Source of the DNA: Eledone cirrhosa
Lineage: Eukaryota
NCBI GenBank assembly: GCA_964016885.1
Contig: OZ024742.1
Coordinates: 242,296,001 to 242,360,000, forward strand
DNA length: 64,000 bases
Reading direction: 5' to 3'
Shown here piece after piece: positions 12,465 to 25,378 of this stretch. The notes below the pieces were generated by a model, which worked only from the letters and a program-made list of their open reading frames with translations, made no database searches and was not told where the DNA came from. Both the position numbers and the translations under genes were made by a program. Numbering within the stretch: position 1 is the stretch's first letter; the number at the start of each line of letters is the position of its first letter.

Positions 12465-14465
12465 TCCCGTCGAGGTTAACTTTGCCTTTCATCCTTACGG
12501 GATCGATAAAATAAAGTACCAGTAATGTACTAGGTAATTGCTGGCCTTGTGCCAAAAGTAGAAACAATTGTATTTGTATGTATGTGGGGTTTTGGCGAGC
12601 TAGAAGTGTGCGGGTGTGGTGTTGAAGTTATTATTTATTTGTTCTGCTATATAGTAGGCCGGCGATTTAGAGGAATACTTAAAATACATTAAACTATGGG
12701 CGGATTAAATTTCTACATTTTAATTTAGATGAGTTCTTGTACTCAAAAGTCGTATGTAGGTGGTTTTCGTGAGTATGTGTGAATATATATATGTTACTTA
12801 ATGTGGCTTTATGTATGTGGATTTGCATGTGTGTATGTGGATTTACTTTATGTATGTGGATTTACTTTATGTATGTGGATTTGCTTTATGTATGTGGATT
12901 TGTATGTATGTGGATTTGCATGTTAGTGGTGGTGATGAAAATTTGTTGTAATTGTTGTACAATATAGTGGTCCTGAGATTTTCTTCGGTCTCTATGTGTA
13001 CCCAGGAGGGGGCTTGCGGGGGTTGCCTGTGTGCAATTAGTTATTTATAGATTTGTAATGGAGTGCCTGGATGTGTATTGTCGTTTTAATGGATTGGTGT
13101 TGTGGGGTGAACCTATTTAGGAGTAATCCTGTATGAGTTGGATGTGCGACTTAGGTTGGTGTAAATTGAGCTGCTTCTGCGCCAGTTATTTCCGTGGTAT
13201 CGAGTGATTGTATGTGTATGTAAACATGGTCCCGTCAGCGCAGGTGCTTTTGTAAGCGCTAGATCTGGGTGGCTCTCTAGTTGCTGGCATCGAGTGCTGT
13301 CTTGAGGGGTTTGCAGGTGAGATTTAGATGTGCGTCTGTACTGTGTGAATCTAAGTGTATGTCTACTGGTCTGGAGGCATAATTGTGTGTGTAAATGTAC
13401 TGTGTTTACCTAAGGATGTATATGCCGGTGTAGATGTGCACAGTGGATTTTCGGAAAATAGTCTTAACCTCCTGGATCGTGATAAATCCAGTGTTTACAC
13501 AAGTTTATCCTTTTTAGTTAATAGTTGTTCCTTGGCGAACAAAATTTGAATGGTTTCCTTGGAGCATAAATTGTACGAGCAGTGTCTTCTTATATAAGGT
13601 GTGACCTTGGACAAGGTACTCCAATTCAGTTGGAAAGAAATGTTGTTATCATGGAAGTCCATAATATGGTGGGATAGTACTGTAGATTTGGAAGCGGTTA
13701 ATTCGATGCAGGCTCTGTTTGTGTGTTCGTTCTCGACTGTACACTGAACAGGAGATACCGTTGGCGACATTTGTTGTTTAGTGACAGTGGTTTTTGTCCA
13801 TGCAATTATATGGTCTGGTTTCCTCCTCATGTCTGTCTGAGTGGGATCTATTATAGTTGAGTTCGATAGTGTTAGACGATGCTGTGGAGAAGATTAAATC
13901 AAGTCATGTTGCGTGAGTGGCTACACCACCTGCTAGTTCTACCATTGGGGCTTGGGTAGTATGTAAGGCATTCTTTAAATATGCTTGCCTTAAGTGGAAC
14001 ATTATAATTATGCGCACGTTCCTGAAAGATCTATCAGTTAGCAGACAGGCGGGAAATACGGAGGGAGTTGTTTTATATTAAATTTTTAGTCGGGTGGCTA
14101 GAGTGTGAATGTAACGGAGGAATAATGCAGCTGGTTCTCCAAGTTTGTGGTGACATCCAAAAGTTAGTACAGGTGAGGGACGTATGTACGGTGAATTTAG
14201 AACCTAATTCCTGAAGGAATTTGATTATATGTTTGCGTACCCAGTCCGTACTACTGGGGTTGAAACCGATGAGCCTGTCGTCTCTATACAAGCCCCCTCC
14301 AAGAGCAGCAACTCTTTCTATTTGTTTTTGGAGTATATAAAATCCTATCATGTCTGTAACTTCCACCGAGTCAGTTGCTCCCATACTGACACTGAAAGAT
14401 GAGTTTTGGGGCCCTTTTAATGCAGGTAGAGCTTTCAAAGTACATGATTGTCTTCCTTCAAACAA
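11930..14465 (-). mobile_element. Decayed Penelope-like element (RT, GIY-YIG C-terminus, 3' region, HHR-bearing end)
   Basis: RT motifs FSVSMGATDSVEVTDMIGFYIL and GLYRDD (14073-14465); endonuclease tail STVLSHHI..I.FQLNW..L....PY.....YNLCSKE (13495-13830); mutated minimal HHR at 12031-12068; SINE fragment at 12460-12570. Confidence 0.7.
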
Positions 14466-14669
14466 ACGCTCTCAACAAGCCTTTCTAAACAAAGGTAGCT
14501 AACACATCATCAATTGTATACAAGAAGCTAGGATAGTAATCATATTGGGTATGACTCGAAATTATAGCCGCCACAGCAGGTACTAATCGATTTGTTTGAG
14601 GCAATCACAAAACACTTAATGGAGCGAGAAGTTAAACATTATCGTCCAGAGTAATAGGGAAAGAGGGAG

Positions 14670-14673
<4 letters not shown>

Positions 14674-14745
<72 letters not shown>
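14674..14745. repeat. (GA)n microsatellite
   Basis: Seen directly. Confidence 0.95.
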
Positions 14746-14747
<2 letters not shown>

Positions 14748-14848
14748 CTGTGTTGCAGAAACCGAGGAGACAACTAATTGTGGCATTACTCGATGCAAGG
14801 GGAGCTGCAGAGGGGATATAGGGATATGTAAAATCCCAAGTGCGGCGC

Positions 14849-15410
14849 CATATCTCCATAGTTAATTTACCTGGCAATCAATGTTTATCATTGATTGATC
14901 AAGGGTTAAAAATGCAGATATAAATATATATTTATAGTCTATCAAAGCTCTTTCGTCACACATCTGTGACATCATCGGTGGTACTATTATGTTTCCCCCC
15001 GTTGTACTGTAATGCCTCCGCCATTTTTATTTTATTTATTTATTTATTATCGTCTCTGTCTCTATTTGCGCATGCGTTTGCGCGTGTGTTTAATGTTTGG
15101 TGTCTGTGTTTTTGTTTTTGTATTCTATCTTTGTTCACTAGTGTCTGTTTATATGTGTTTGTTGTTATTGTACTTGTGTATATATTTATTTATTTATTAT
15201 TTCTAACCGTTTGTCAATTAATGATAAACGTTGATTGCCAAATAAATTAACTATGGAGATATAAACGATACAGAAGCGAAAACCAACCCAAACCAAACAG
15301 TGGGTGTGTTCTGTTATTATTTCCGGCAATATTATAACAATATGACCCTCCCCAAGTAGAACAATATTTGTTTCGACACACGATTTCATATCAAAAACTT
15401 TCAAAAACAT
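14849..15410. mobile_element. Family B-related fold-back element
   Basis: Inverted repeat ~14850-14912 vs ~15200-15262; minus-strand CCGATGA-tgtcacagatgtgtgac-GAAA-gagc-TT at ~14940-14980; atgaccctcccaa tail shared with family B. Confidence 0.65.
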
Positions 15411-15414
15411 ATAT

Positions 15415-15655
15415 ATACACTACTAAAACTCTGTGATTGTGTACTTTTCTGTAATTCAATACAGCCAAAACGGCGCATAATGGGAAAATACTTTGAAAGG
15501 AAGTTGTTCCTTAAATAGGAATACAAATGGAATAAAACAAGTAAAGTGAAAATCGGAACACGGGTTCCCGAGATACGGGGTTTTTCCAGGTACGTTCATA
15601 AATAGAGAGAGAGAAACATAAAAAGAAAGAGATAGTGGTTGTGAGAATGCAGATT

Positions 15656-15719
<64 letters not shown>

Positions 15720-15740
15720 AAGTGGAAGAGAGTGAGAGAG
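15415..15740 (+). mobile_element. Partial non-autonomous Helitron-like element
   Basis: Homologous to 25379-25700 (tactaaaa..ctgtgattg, cacgggttcccgagat). Confidence 0.6.
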
Positions 15741-15854
15741 AGCTGCTGGTGTTGTTGAATGAAATTATAACAGGTGACTTCAAAGCATCGAATACAGCAT
15801 TACTGTATCGGGCTAAAATTTGGGTGACAGAATATTATGTCATATTTATTATAT

Positions 15855-16742
15855 ATCCTGTGGACTGTTATACTACACATTTCTGTGGTGAAACGAACTT
15901 GATTCGTATCAGCAAACTTATAGTTGTAAGGTTGGTAATTTAAAACTCTGCTTCAGAGATTTGATTCTGACTTAGTTTTTTTCTATTTAATTGCTAAACC
16001 TGTAGATATTGTTCTCTATACAGTAACGGTAAAAATCACTTGTAATAATTTTTTACACACATCTCACTGTGTAACTCTTTGTGTAATATATTTATATTTG
16101 TATTTGAGCTCAGAAGAAAATTCTCTATTCCTCTTTGAACTAATATTATTATTATTACTGTGAACTGCGGAATACTCTTAATTCCGATCTCTGTATACTT
16201 AACGAGCTCCAAATTGTTGAGGTAATAAATTCGAATGGTTGGGCTACCCTCTCTAGCATTTTCCCCAATCCATGAGAGCCGTTATTTGATGCAAAAAACA
16301 CGTGATTTCGCCCTACTTGAGCAGCGTGTATATTAGCTTTATCGCTATCCATGAGGTTAGATATGTCGTGAACAGCATCCACATTTACTAACTGAGGATC
16401 CAGTGGAGTGTTATACTGCACATTTCTGTGGTGAAACGAACTTGATTCGTATCAGCAAACTTATAGTTATAAGGTTGGTAATTTAAAACTCTGCTTCAGA
16501 GATTTGATTCTGGCTTAGTTTTTTTCTATTTAATTGCTAAACCTGTAGATATTGTTCTCTATACAGTAACCGTAAAAATTACTTGTAATAATTCTTTACA
16601 CACATCTCACTGTGTAACACACTTCTCTTTGTGTAATATATTTATATTTGTATTTGAGCCCAGAAGAAAATTCTCTATTCCTCTTTGAGCTAATATTATT
16701 ATTATTACTGTGTAGAGCGGAATACTCTTAATTCCGATCTCC

Positions 16743-16745
<3 letters not shown>
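15855..16745 (+). mobile_element. Non-coding element with two direct ~340 bp pLTR-like repeats (period 543) and an HHR
   Basis: 15855-16197 repeats at 16398-16745; complete HHR core at 16388-16455; ends in (TA)n. Confidence 0.75.
16388..16455 (+). ncRNA. Type I hammerhead ribozyme
   Basis: ctaa-CTGAGGA-tcca...tggt-GAAA-cgaa-cttga-ttcg-TA-tcag; one stem I mismatch. Confidence 0.7.
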
Positions 16746-16786
<41 letters not shown>

Positions 16787-16788
<2 letters not shown>

Positions 16789-17383
16789 TAGCTAAACTAC
16801 CCGTCCTTTGGACGGTTCATGTAGCTTTCAATATAGCTCATTAAACTAAATAAAGTAAATTTGAATACATAGAAGAAAAACATACTTTATTTAAACATGA
16901 AAACCTTAGGCACTATTCCAGCGAAATGATATTGTTATTATCTTTGTTTCAAGTAGAAGGTTATAAATTGCTGGTTGTGAAGTTATTATATTTGTTTCAA
17001 GTAGAAGGTTATAAATTGCTGGTTGTGAAATATACGAAATGATATTGTTATTATCTTTGTTTCAAGTAGAAAGAGTAAATTAAAACCCGACTGAGGCTAA
17101 TTACGAAAGATAACTGTTGATTAGGAAAGTTAACTCTTGTCTTACTTAATCACGAAAATCCACACAAATAACCGAAACTTTTTTAATGTCTCCAAAGGCC
17201 CCAATATCGATTTTTGAAAGCCTTTGTAGATCATGTACAGGTCTTGTGCAAGGAGAAGCTCTGTAAAATATTTCAAAGAAATCGCATGAATGGTTTAGAA
17301 TATATGAGCCCTCATTAAAAAAGCTCGACACACATATCCACATACACACATATACACAGAAACCTTCAGATTTATATATATAC

Positions 17384-17388
<5 letters not shown>
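16787..17388 (-). mobile_element. Non-autonomous Helitron-like element
   Basis: Minus strand: 5' a|TCTGTATATAT; 3' hairpin ccgtccaaaggacgg plus CTAG|T; internal short tandem duplications at 16925-17070. Confidence 0.7.
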
Positions 17389-17441
<53 letters not shown>

Positions 17442-17446
<5 letters not shown>

Positions 17447-17900
17447 AAAGATAACAAAGACGATTTGTTACTCCTTCAGTACATTTATTGGTTGGTGACG
17501 CGCGTTTCGCCACTGATCCGCTCAAGGTTCGATCTGTATCGATCTTACCCGACTCTGTAATCTGCGGGTCGACGGACCCCTTGAAATGCTAGTAGAAAAT
17601 GAATACATGCTTAATGATAAAGTCAGAAGTTCATATGTTGGTCAATACAGTTTGTTTTGATTGGTGGAATAGTTCATAGGGATGTTTTTGCCTGTAGTGC
17701 ATGTGGGGGTGGATGTGATGATAATATGGTGGTGACGGTCGCAGGCTGAAGTGGGCGATGTGTGGTGCGGGGAGCGGGGCATTGTCGGTAGACAGATTGG
17801 CATATATTTGTGGCTGATTTTTGTGTGTGGTGTGGGTGTGGTGTTGTTGTTTGTGGTAATGGTGTTTATGGTGGTGTGATGGATGTGTGTGTGAGTGTGC
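17442..17900 (-). mobile_element. Putative pLTR relic carrying the 3' half of an HHR
   Basis: Minus-strand GAAA-cgcgcg-TC-acc followed by aataaa and (TA)n; no CTGAnGA found. Confidence 0.35.
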
Positions 17901-18036
17901 GCGTGTGTGTCTATTTATATATAAGGAAATATATGTATATATTTAAACATAGTCAGAGATACATATATCAGTATTGACTACCTTCAACGGTGTGGCTCGA
18001 TGAATAAGTGAATTAAGTAAATAATTATTAAATTTT

Positions 18037-18752
18037 AAGTTTCAAGAACAGTCAGACAAAATCTAACTCTTTCCCTCCTTATTCCGTAGAAATCAAGTAG
18101 ATAAATAATAATTTAAACGGAGCTCAGTTTAAAATGTAACTTTGAAGAAATATATATACATATATGTCCTTATTAATTTATTCTATACTCCCTTACGGTT
18201 GAGTAAACCCTGGGCGGTAACTAACAGCTTTTTCTTGCAATGAACCTACTTGCCATCCCGCCTATCCTTCACAACTCTTTTACTTTGGCCTCTAGCTACG
18301 TGATGTTTTTCACCCCTTTTGAATTTCATTACTGACAGCAATCACTTTAGAAACTTTGGTTTTAACTGAGAGAGTCTCTTGAAAAGTTCGGAGCCTCAAG
18401 GATAATACTACGATTAAACGTATCCACAAAGAACGAGCGAAAGTATCGATAGTCGAGACTAGAAGAATTTTAGTAAAGTTTATCTACATTTTTTTCTTCA
18501 AACTTACATTTTTGACTTAGCTCTGTTTAATTGATTATCTGTCTAGTTAATTTCTACAGACTAAGAGGAAAGACTAGGTAAATTTTATCTAACTGCTCTT
18601 CATAGAGGAAAGTCTGCAACATTTATCTGTTATTTCTTCAAAGTTACATTTCAAACTTAGTTCCGTTTAAATGATTATTTATCTAGTTGATTTCTACGAA
18701 CTAAGGAGGAAAAGAATTGGATAGAGTTCGTCTGACTGTTCTTCAAACTTAT
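18037..18752. repeat. Fold-back insertion with ~115 bp inverted arms and an internal tandem copy
   Basis: 18037-18152 is inverted relative to 18631-18751; diverged direct copy at 18490-18605. Confidence 0.65.
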
Positions 18753-18762
18753 ATATATACCG

Positions 18763-18796
<34 letters not shown>

Positions 18797-18812
18797 CTTA
18801 TATATATATACT

Positions 18813-18911
18813 TAGAGTAGTAGAGTGGGTCCGGACTCTTTTCCTATTACCCACCCTACTACCCTAAGTATTGAGTACTCCGGTGCGATATGGTATTTAG
18901 CTCCTACTTCC
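18813..18911 (+). mobile_element. Family A truncated copy with a short inverted 5' piece
   Basis: agagtagtagagtgggt is inverted relative to acccaccctactaccct; family A tail. Confidence 0.6.
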
Positions 18912-18922
18912 GTGTGTGTGTG

Positions 18923-18955
<33 letters not shown>

Positions 18956-19098
18956 ACGTATGCATGATCTAGTTATATATTGTAAAACACACAACACTAG
19001 GTTTTCTATGAATAAACTACTTATTACAAAGTGCTAAATATTGTAACAATATTCTAGCAACAGAGCTACATGTCTATGGCTTCACATGGTTTGACAAA

Positions 19099-19958
19099 TA
19101 ATAACTCATATTGATACCGTGTAATTAACAAGCTCAAAGTATAAATACTGAGTATTATGTAATAATATATGTAGTAATAAACACAGTAATTTGTGTGTCT
19201 AAAATACGAGGCTTGAAATACCATGTTGGTTTGACAAATTTAACCTGAAGCAAACGAAAAATACAGAATAAAATATACTGACCGTCTCAATAACTATTTC
19301 ACCTCCCGGACAGAGTGGAGATTTAATCTGTTTCGCCCCGAGAATTGTGTTTGTAACAGATAATCCGTAGGCATCACCAGCAGGAGATTAGATCAAATGT
19401 GACAAACACCTAAAACTAATAGCCACACGAATGAACATTTCACCTCAATTACAGGGTATGAATATGAGTTATTAACTCTACATTTTAGTTGTATTACGGC
19501 TCCCTAACTAGGTGAGCTTATAAGTTGGGTGTAATAAGGCTAGTGTTTCTAGCCTATCCACTCACATCACTTTTGACTTCCTGCACGCGAAGTGAAATGT
19601 TCATTCGTGTGGCTATTAGTTTTAGGTATTTGTCACATTTAATCTAATCTCCTGCTGATGATGCCTACGGATTATCTGTTACAAACACAATTCTCAGGGC
19701 GAAACAGATTAAATCTCCACTCTGTCCAGGTGAGGAAATAGTTATTGAGACGGTCAGTATATTTTATTCTGTATTTTTCGTTTGCTTCAGGTTTAATTTA
19801 TCAAACCAACGTGGTATTTAAACCCTAGTAATTCTAGACACACAAATTACTGTTTTATTACCACATATATTATTATATAATGCTCAGTATTTATACTTTG
19901 AGCTTGTTAATTACAGGGTATCAATATGAGTTATTAACTCTACATTTTATTTGTATTG
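19099..19958 (+). mobile_element. Fold-back plus tandem HHR element (462 nt unit)
   Basis: About 345 bp arms 19099-19443/19592-19935; direct repeat 19447-19495 vs 19909-19958; canonical HHR. Confidence 0.8.
19649..19734 (+). ncRNA. Canonical type I hammerhead ribozyme (GUC cleavage after 19726)
   Basis: cctg-CTGATGA-tgcc...ggc-GAAA-caga..tctg-TC-cagg; all three stems pair. Confidence 0.85.
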
Positions 19959-20562
19959 CTTCACTTGTACATTTAAATATATTAATAGAAATTATATTTA
20001 ATATTTATATATTAATAGAAATTATATTAAATATATTAATAGAAATTATATTTAATATTTTTAGAATTGCTCTAGTCTTTAGGCTTAAATTTCCACATGC
20101 AGACGTAACTATCGGTAAATCAGAAGTATATTATAAGCATGCGTTCAATTTTTAGTAGTTCAGATAGCAGGATCCTTAGAGAAAAACAAACGAAGTGCCA
20201 TATTTTTATAAACTGAACAAACGAAATTGCGGTTCACCAAAAAGGTAATCAAATGATATATGCACTCACAAATTCCCTCATAGGAATAAGTGATAATACG
20301 AATATACCAAAATACTAGATTGTTTTCATTAATATTCATTCCTTCGAGGGAATTTATAAGTCCACCTTTCGCTTGTTTATTATTTCGATGAAATGCATTT
20401 TGTTCCTTCGGTGTACAGCAAAAATACGATACCGCGTTTCGTTCCCAGCTAGATTCATGCAATCCCCAGCTCCTAAAATTAATGGAGGTGAGCTTGAATA
20501 TTTTTCTCCTCACAAGCAACAATCATAAGCACGTACAGCTTTAGATTTAAAGATCCGATGTA

Positions 20563-20648
<86 letters not shown>

Positions 20649-20892
20649 CCAGAGAGAGAAAAGTGGTCCCAGAACAGATAATTATAACGATAGTTGATAC
20701 CTAAAATATTGGTTGAAAGGATCGGGAAAATTACCACTGGAGACGGAAATGTGTGGAGTTGAACCACCTATCTCTCAGATATCAGGCGAGCATTTTACCC
20801 AAATTCTTAAGGCTCTTAGCGGCTAGAATATAGACATCTGTTCGTTTACGTAAGATTTGGGAAATGTGAAATTTGACGATGTAGAAGTCTCT

Positions 20893-21360
20893 ATGCACAT
20901 AAATATAATAGTTACTACTTTTGGCACAAGGCCACCAATTATTCCAGTACATTACAGGTACTTTATCGACCCCGTAAGGATGAAAGGCTAAGTTAACCTC
21001 GGCGGGATTTGAACTGAAACCGTAAAGGGCCGTAACTGTATGTTGCAAAGCATGGTGCCCGACTCTCTACCGATACTGCCAATCCAACGCCTTGCACATA
21101 AATATAATTGTTTCTACTTTTGGCACAAGGCCACCAATTATTCCAGTACATTACAGGTACTTTATCGACCCCGTAAGGATGAAAGGCTAAGTTAACCTCG
21201 GCGGGATTTGTACTGAAACCGTAAAGGGCTGTAACTGTATGTTGCAAAGCATGGTGCCCGACTCTCTACCGATACTGCCAATCCAACGCCTTGCACATAA
21301 ATATAATTGTTTCTACTTTAGGCACAAGCCCAGCAATTACCCAGTGCATTACTGGTACTT
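20893..21360 (-). mobile_element. Tandem array of OK-like SINEs (period about 199)
   Basis: tgcacataaatat occurs three times, separating two near-identical copies and one partial copy. Confidence 0.85.
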
Positions 21361-21399
21361 TATCACTATATATAATAGTTGAAACAAACGGGTAAAGTT

Positions 21400-22237
21400 C
21401 ACACATAGATTGTTGTTCAGTCTTCCCCCAAAACATACATATACTTCAGAGTATGTGTATAGTTATATTCACAGTCAGTGTGCCGCGATATGAACAGATT
21501 CTCCGAGATCTTTGGCACTGGCGCCGTTAACGTTCTGCCTGAAGAGTTTCGTGCCGACCACTACAAGAACAGCATATGAATGTAGGGAATGCCAGAGAGC
21601 CAACGTAGTAGTGGACATACTGATTGACGGGGTTAGTGCCGAGTCTGGATGTGAACAAAATATTGAGACAAGTAGAGGAGAGACAAATATATTAGGGGTG
21701 GAAAAGTTAGGTACATGATTGAGGACGTCTGTAAGGCAAGGGTTCATGTGTTGGTGAAAGACTTCATACCAATTAGACACTAATTTCGGTGGCAGCGTTA
21801 TGGATGTTTCTGGGTAGCTCCGTTTCGTTGGGGGTGTGAAAGCAGTACTCACAGAAAATGTGTATGTGTTTAATACTTGTTGAGGATGGAAATATTTTCT
21901 GGCTTTAAGGAACTAGATCATTTTTCCTGATGCAGTGTCCTGATGCTAAAAGATATCGTTAGCGGAGTTGAGACGGAAGTCTATGATTTGTAGCCACCTT
22001 GTGATTTGTAGAGGAGGTTTAGCTGTGAAAGGTTAAGAATGTCTGGTGTCATGTGCACGAGATGGTATAATAAGGAGTAAGACTTTGATGTATAAAAGTA
22101 AGAATTTGGGTAACAAACTGGCCCGTGAAGTACATCAGAATTGTAGAATGTAGGTTAAAGAGAGTGCTATGTTCAAACTCAATGGCGATAGTGGTACACA
22201 AACAGACCCAAAGACACACAATCCCATACGAGAACAT
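21400..22237 (-). pseudogene. Possible highly decayed PLE-type RT relic
   Basis: Composition shift and weak RT-like spacing (..IAIEFEHSTL...); no intact catalytic motif. Confidence 0.25.
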
Positions 22238-23946
22238 ATATACATAAACATATTACGCAACAAATTCAACTGATATCAACGAAATACTTTGATTTATTTA
22301 TTTAAAGAAAAGCATGTTTTCACAGATCCAGTCTAAGACGATTGCAGTCTTTACAATACATTATGAATAAATAAAAATCTAGACAAGAGTATAGTATATT
22401 GTTTACTATTTTTAGTTTAAAATAGACACTTTGGTGAGAGATCTGGTGGAAACAATGTGGAATAGTAATAACAAATGCCATCTGGTCCTCATTTTAAAAT
22501 ACCATTTATCGTAACCCGAACAGCATGCAATGTCAATACTAAATGAAAACGTATATTACATGACACAATTAAATAGCTTAAATAAAACCTATTGAAACCT
22601 ATCACCCGAAGTAACTAAATACCACAAAACACTAATTAACTGTGATAGAAGAAACATGTCTAACATGCAGTACTGCGATATCTATCCTGTAAGCACGTGG
22701 TTATCAACTGGATGTTTTAGGCACACAGCTCTGTTTGCAAGTTAGTATATAATGCAAAATTTGAACATATAACTAGTGTGTGTTTAAATACAGTATCAAA
22801 TATACAATATTTTGGATATACGTGACATTAATATTTGACAAATTTGAAAGCCTTTAAATGTAGTATTTATTCCAAGTTTTACCGTAGCATTCGCATAATT
22901 TAGAATCCATTTCATTTACAATAAAGCTTATCGATCTCTGAGAACAATTCTTGTAAATCACCGATTATTGATCCAATTCTATAATCCATTTAAACTTTCG
23001 GAATAATGGAATAATTAAATACGACATTATACAGTTGAACTGAAAACTGTCTTGAACAAATACTTCGAATTAATTGAACTAATCAAGAATTTATTTTCAA
23101 GAATTGACGAATCTAAAATGCAACATTAAATATTGAATTATTATCAATATACAAGTTTAATTCTCTTTGGTATAAGGCGTGCAATTTATTTATTTTTCAA
23201 ATGTATTTCTATAAATAATCACCTTGAAATGGTTTCAAGAATGTTGTTGTTGTATTTCCCCCTGGCTACGCGGATCGATTCAGCCACTTCCCTTCTGTAT
23301 TTCCTTCTAGATATTATTTATGTTATCTAATCTAATCTTTCTTTTGAAGACGTATGGCTTAGGTTGAGGTAGATTTGACCTATTTCTAGTCTACCACAAA
23401 GTCACTTCATCGCCGACACAAAAAAATTAGTTACCTTCGGCAACCATAATTTTTTTTTAAATAACACAATATCTACTTTGTTTGAAATTCTAGATGATAA
23501 TATTTTTCTAAAAATTCTTTTTTCAGTTTTGTTTTTTCTGTCAACATTTAAGGGGAAATAGCAATAGAATATATGATGTTTATCATTTTCTAAAGAACAT
23601 TAACACGGAATGATTAAATAGATACCTATTAATGGGAACTGAAATAATTGTTGCATATTCACCGATTATTCCTTACACAATGACAATTTATATTTAGCCA
23701 TAATATTTATATTTTCACGAGAAAATTGAAAGACATGTAATCATATATCCGTCTCGATATACGCTTCAGTATATTACAGCATATGCATCAACATCTATTT
23801 TCGAGGGTAAAAATAACTTTTATAAATTTCTAAGGTAGTTCTTTACTCTTCTCGCTATTTCGACAACTTCTCTAAATTTATTGCTATTTATTTATTTTTG
23901 TCCGTCGTCGGCAGTATTGAAAATGATACGAAATTATCATTTGGAT

Positions 23947-24251
23947 CAGTGGCGTGCAACAGTCGGCCCGCAGGCCACAATGCGGCGCATCAGATCAATC
24001 AGAGTGGCCCGCAATGACCATTTTTAATTTTTACCTTGTAGGCTTACTTAGAATTTCTTTAATCTTCTATTAGTTGACCTATTCTAAAGGGCTTCACTGA
24101 TAGATTTATATGTGTTATAATTTCCCAGTCTCATGTTATGGAAAGAAGTTGTGGTGAATCTTTGGAATAGTGTTTAATAAATATTAATGGCCCTAATAGT
24201 TGTTCCAATGCTCAGAAGTGGCTCGCCAATCGAATATGTTGCAAACCCCTG
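23947..24251. mobile_element. hAT (Charlie-like) MITE
   Basis: TIRs cagtggcgtgcaaca / tgttgcaaacccctg; 8 bp TSD atttggat/atttagat. Confidence 0.75.
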
Positions 24252-25378
24252 ATTTAGATTAAATGTGATTTCGACAAGGGTGTAAATTAAGTGTCTTTGG
24301 TTATGTTACTCATATTATTGTTTGTATGATTCTACTTAAGGTAAATTATGTTGCTGTGATTGGATCATTAACAATTCTTAGGTCATGAATATCATGTAGA
24401 AGGATCACTTTTACATAAGTACCAACGTGTTATTAATCTTGTTTGTATGTTATGGTGTTGATAATGTAGCATTTTAGAGTATAAGATTTAAACACGAATG
24501 AAAATGGCAAAATATTTGATGATTCTCGTAAAAACATTTTTCATCCGTCTTTGACAAGAACATGGATACTAAGTTGTATTTCATATATTCCGAAACCTGC
24601 TTTTCCCATCGTGATTCGTTTATTATTGATAAAGCTTCATTAATCAATGTTGACACAGATCCAGATTCTTATGATGGAATCAGAAATACACATCTTCAAA
24701 TTTGTGTAGTTAGTATTTCTAAAAATATTTATCAATGCGACAAGCATTTCTTTTTACTTTTTAGAGACAATTTATGTTAGATTATTTCAGAAAAATTTTG
24801 AGGCTCCACATTGTCAAATTATTCATCGTCACAAAGTATCTGCAATGGAGCATCTCCTTTAAAAGGTAACAAGATAGACCTCATTCAGATATCAGCTAAT
24901 CGCTTGTTATATAAACCATTCATAATTCACAAACATCAGACTCTGACCTATCTGTTTGCTGTATCTTTAAACAAATTGTTTTAATTTAATTGCTACAGAA
25001 ATACTTTCAGAAGTACCTCCCCAAAAAACACATTACTCTATAACTGAATTACGTGTTCCAGCCGACAGGCTGATATCAGGCTGGCGCACTGCCATTGATG
25101 CTATACTTTCTATATCCAGCTTTCCTTGGTTGGCCATTGATGTAAAAAGGGGTTTGTTGCTGCCGCCCTTATTTGCCCTAACCCTCTTGCTGTGAGTTCA
25201 TCCGTTATAATTAATTATCTATTTTTGTTTCATTGAACAGCCCTACACCAAAATGCGCTTGTAAGCATTTATTTCAATTGATAATTCACTATGAAACTGT
25301 ATTTCACATTGTACTTGTACCTGCCGTCAGATATAGCCACCATATATGATCAACAAGTAAAGTAGATACTATATACCA

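Noticed and set aside
20893-21360. Regularly spaced repeats as a CRISPR-like array
   Set aside because: The units are whole SINE copies, there are no unique spacers, and the context is eukaryotic
22300-24950. Coding-like AT-rich stretches (also 47500-48350 and 63200-63800)
   Set aside because: No sustained frame or diagnostic motif; possibly ancient transposon debris but not assignable by eye
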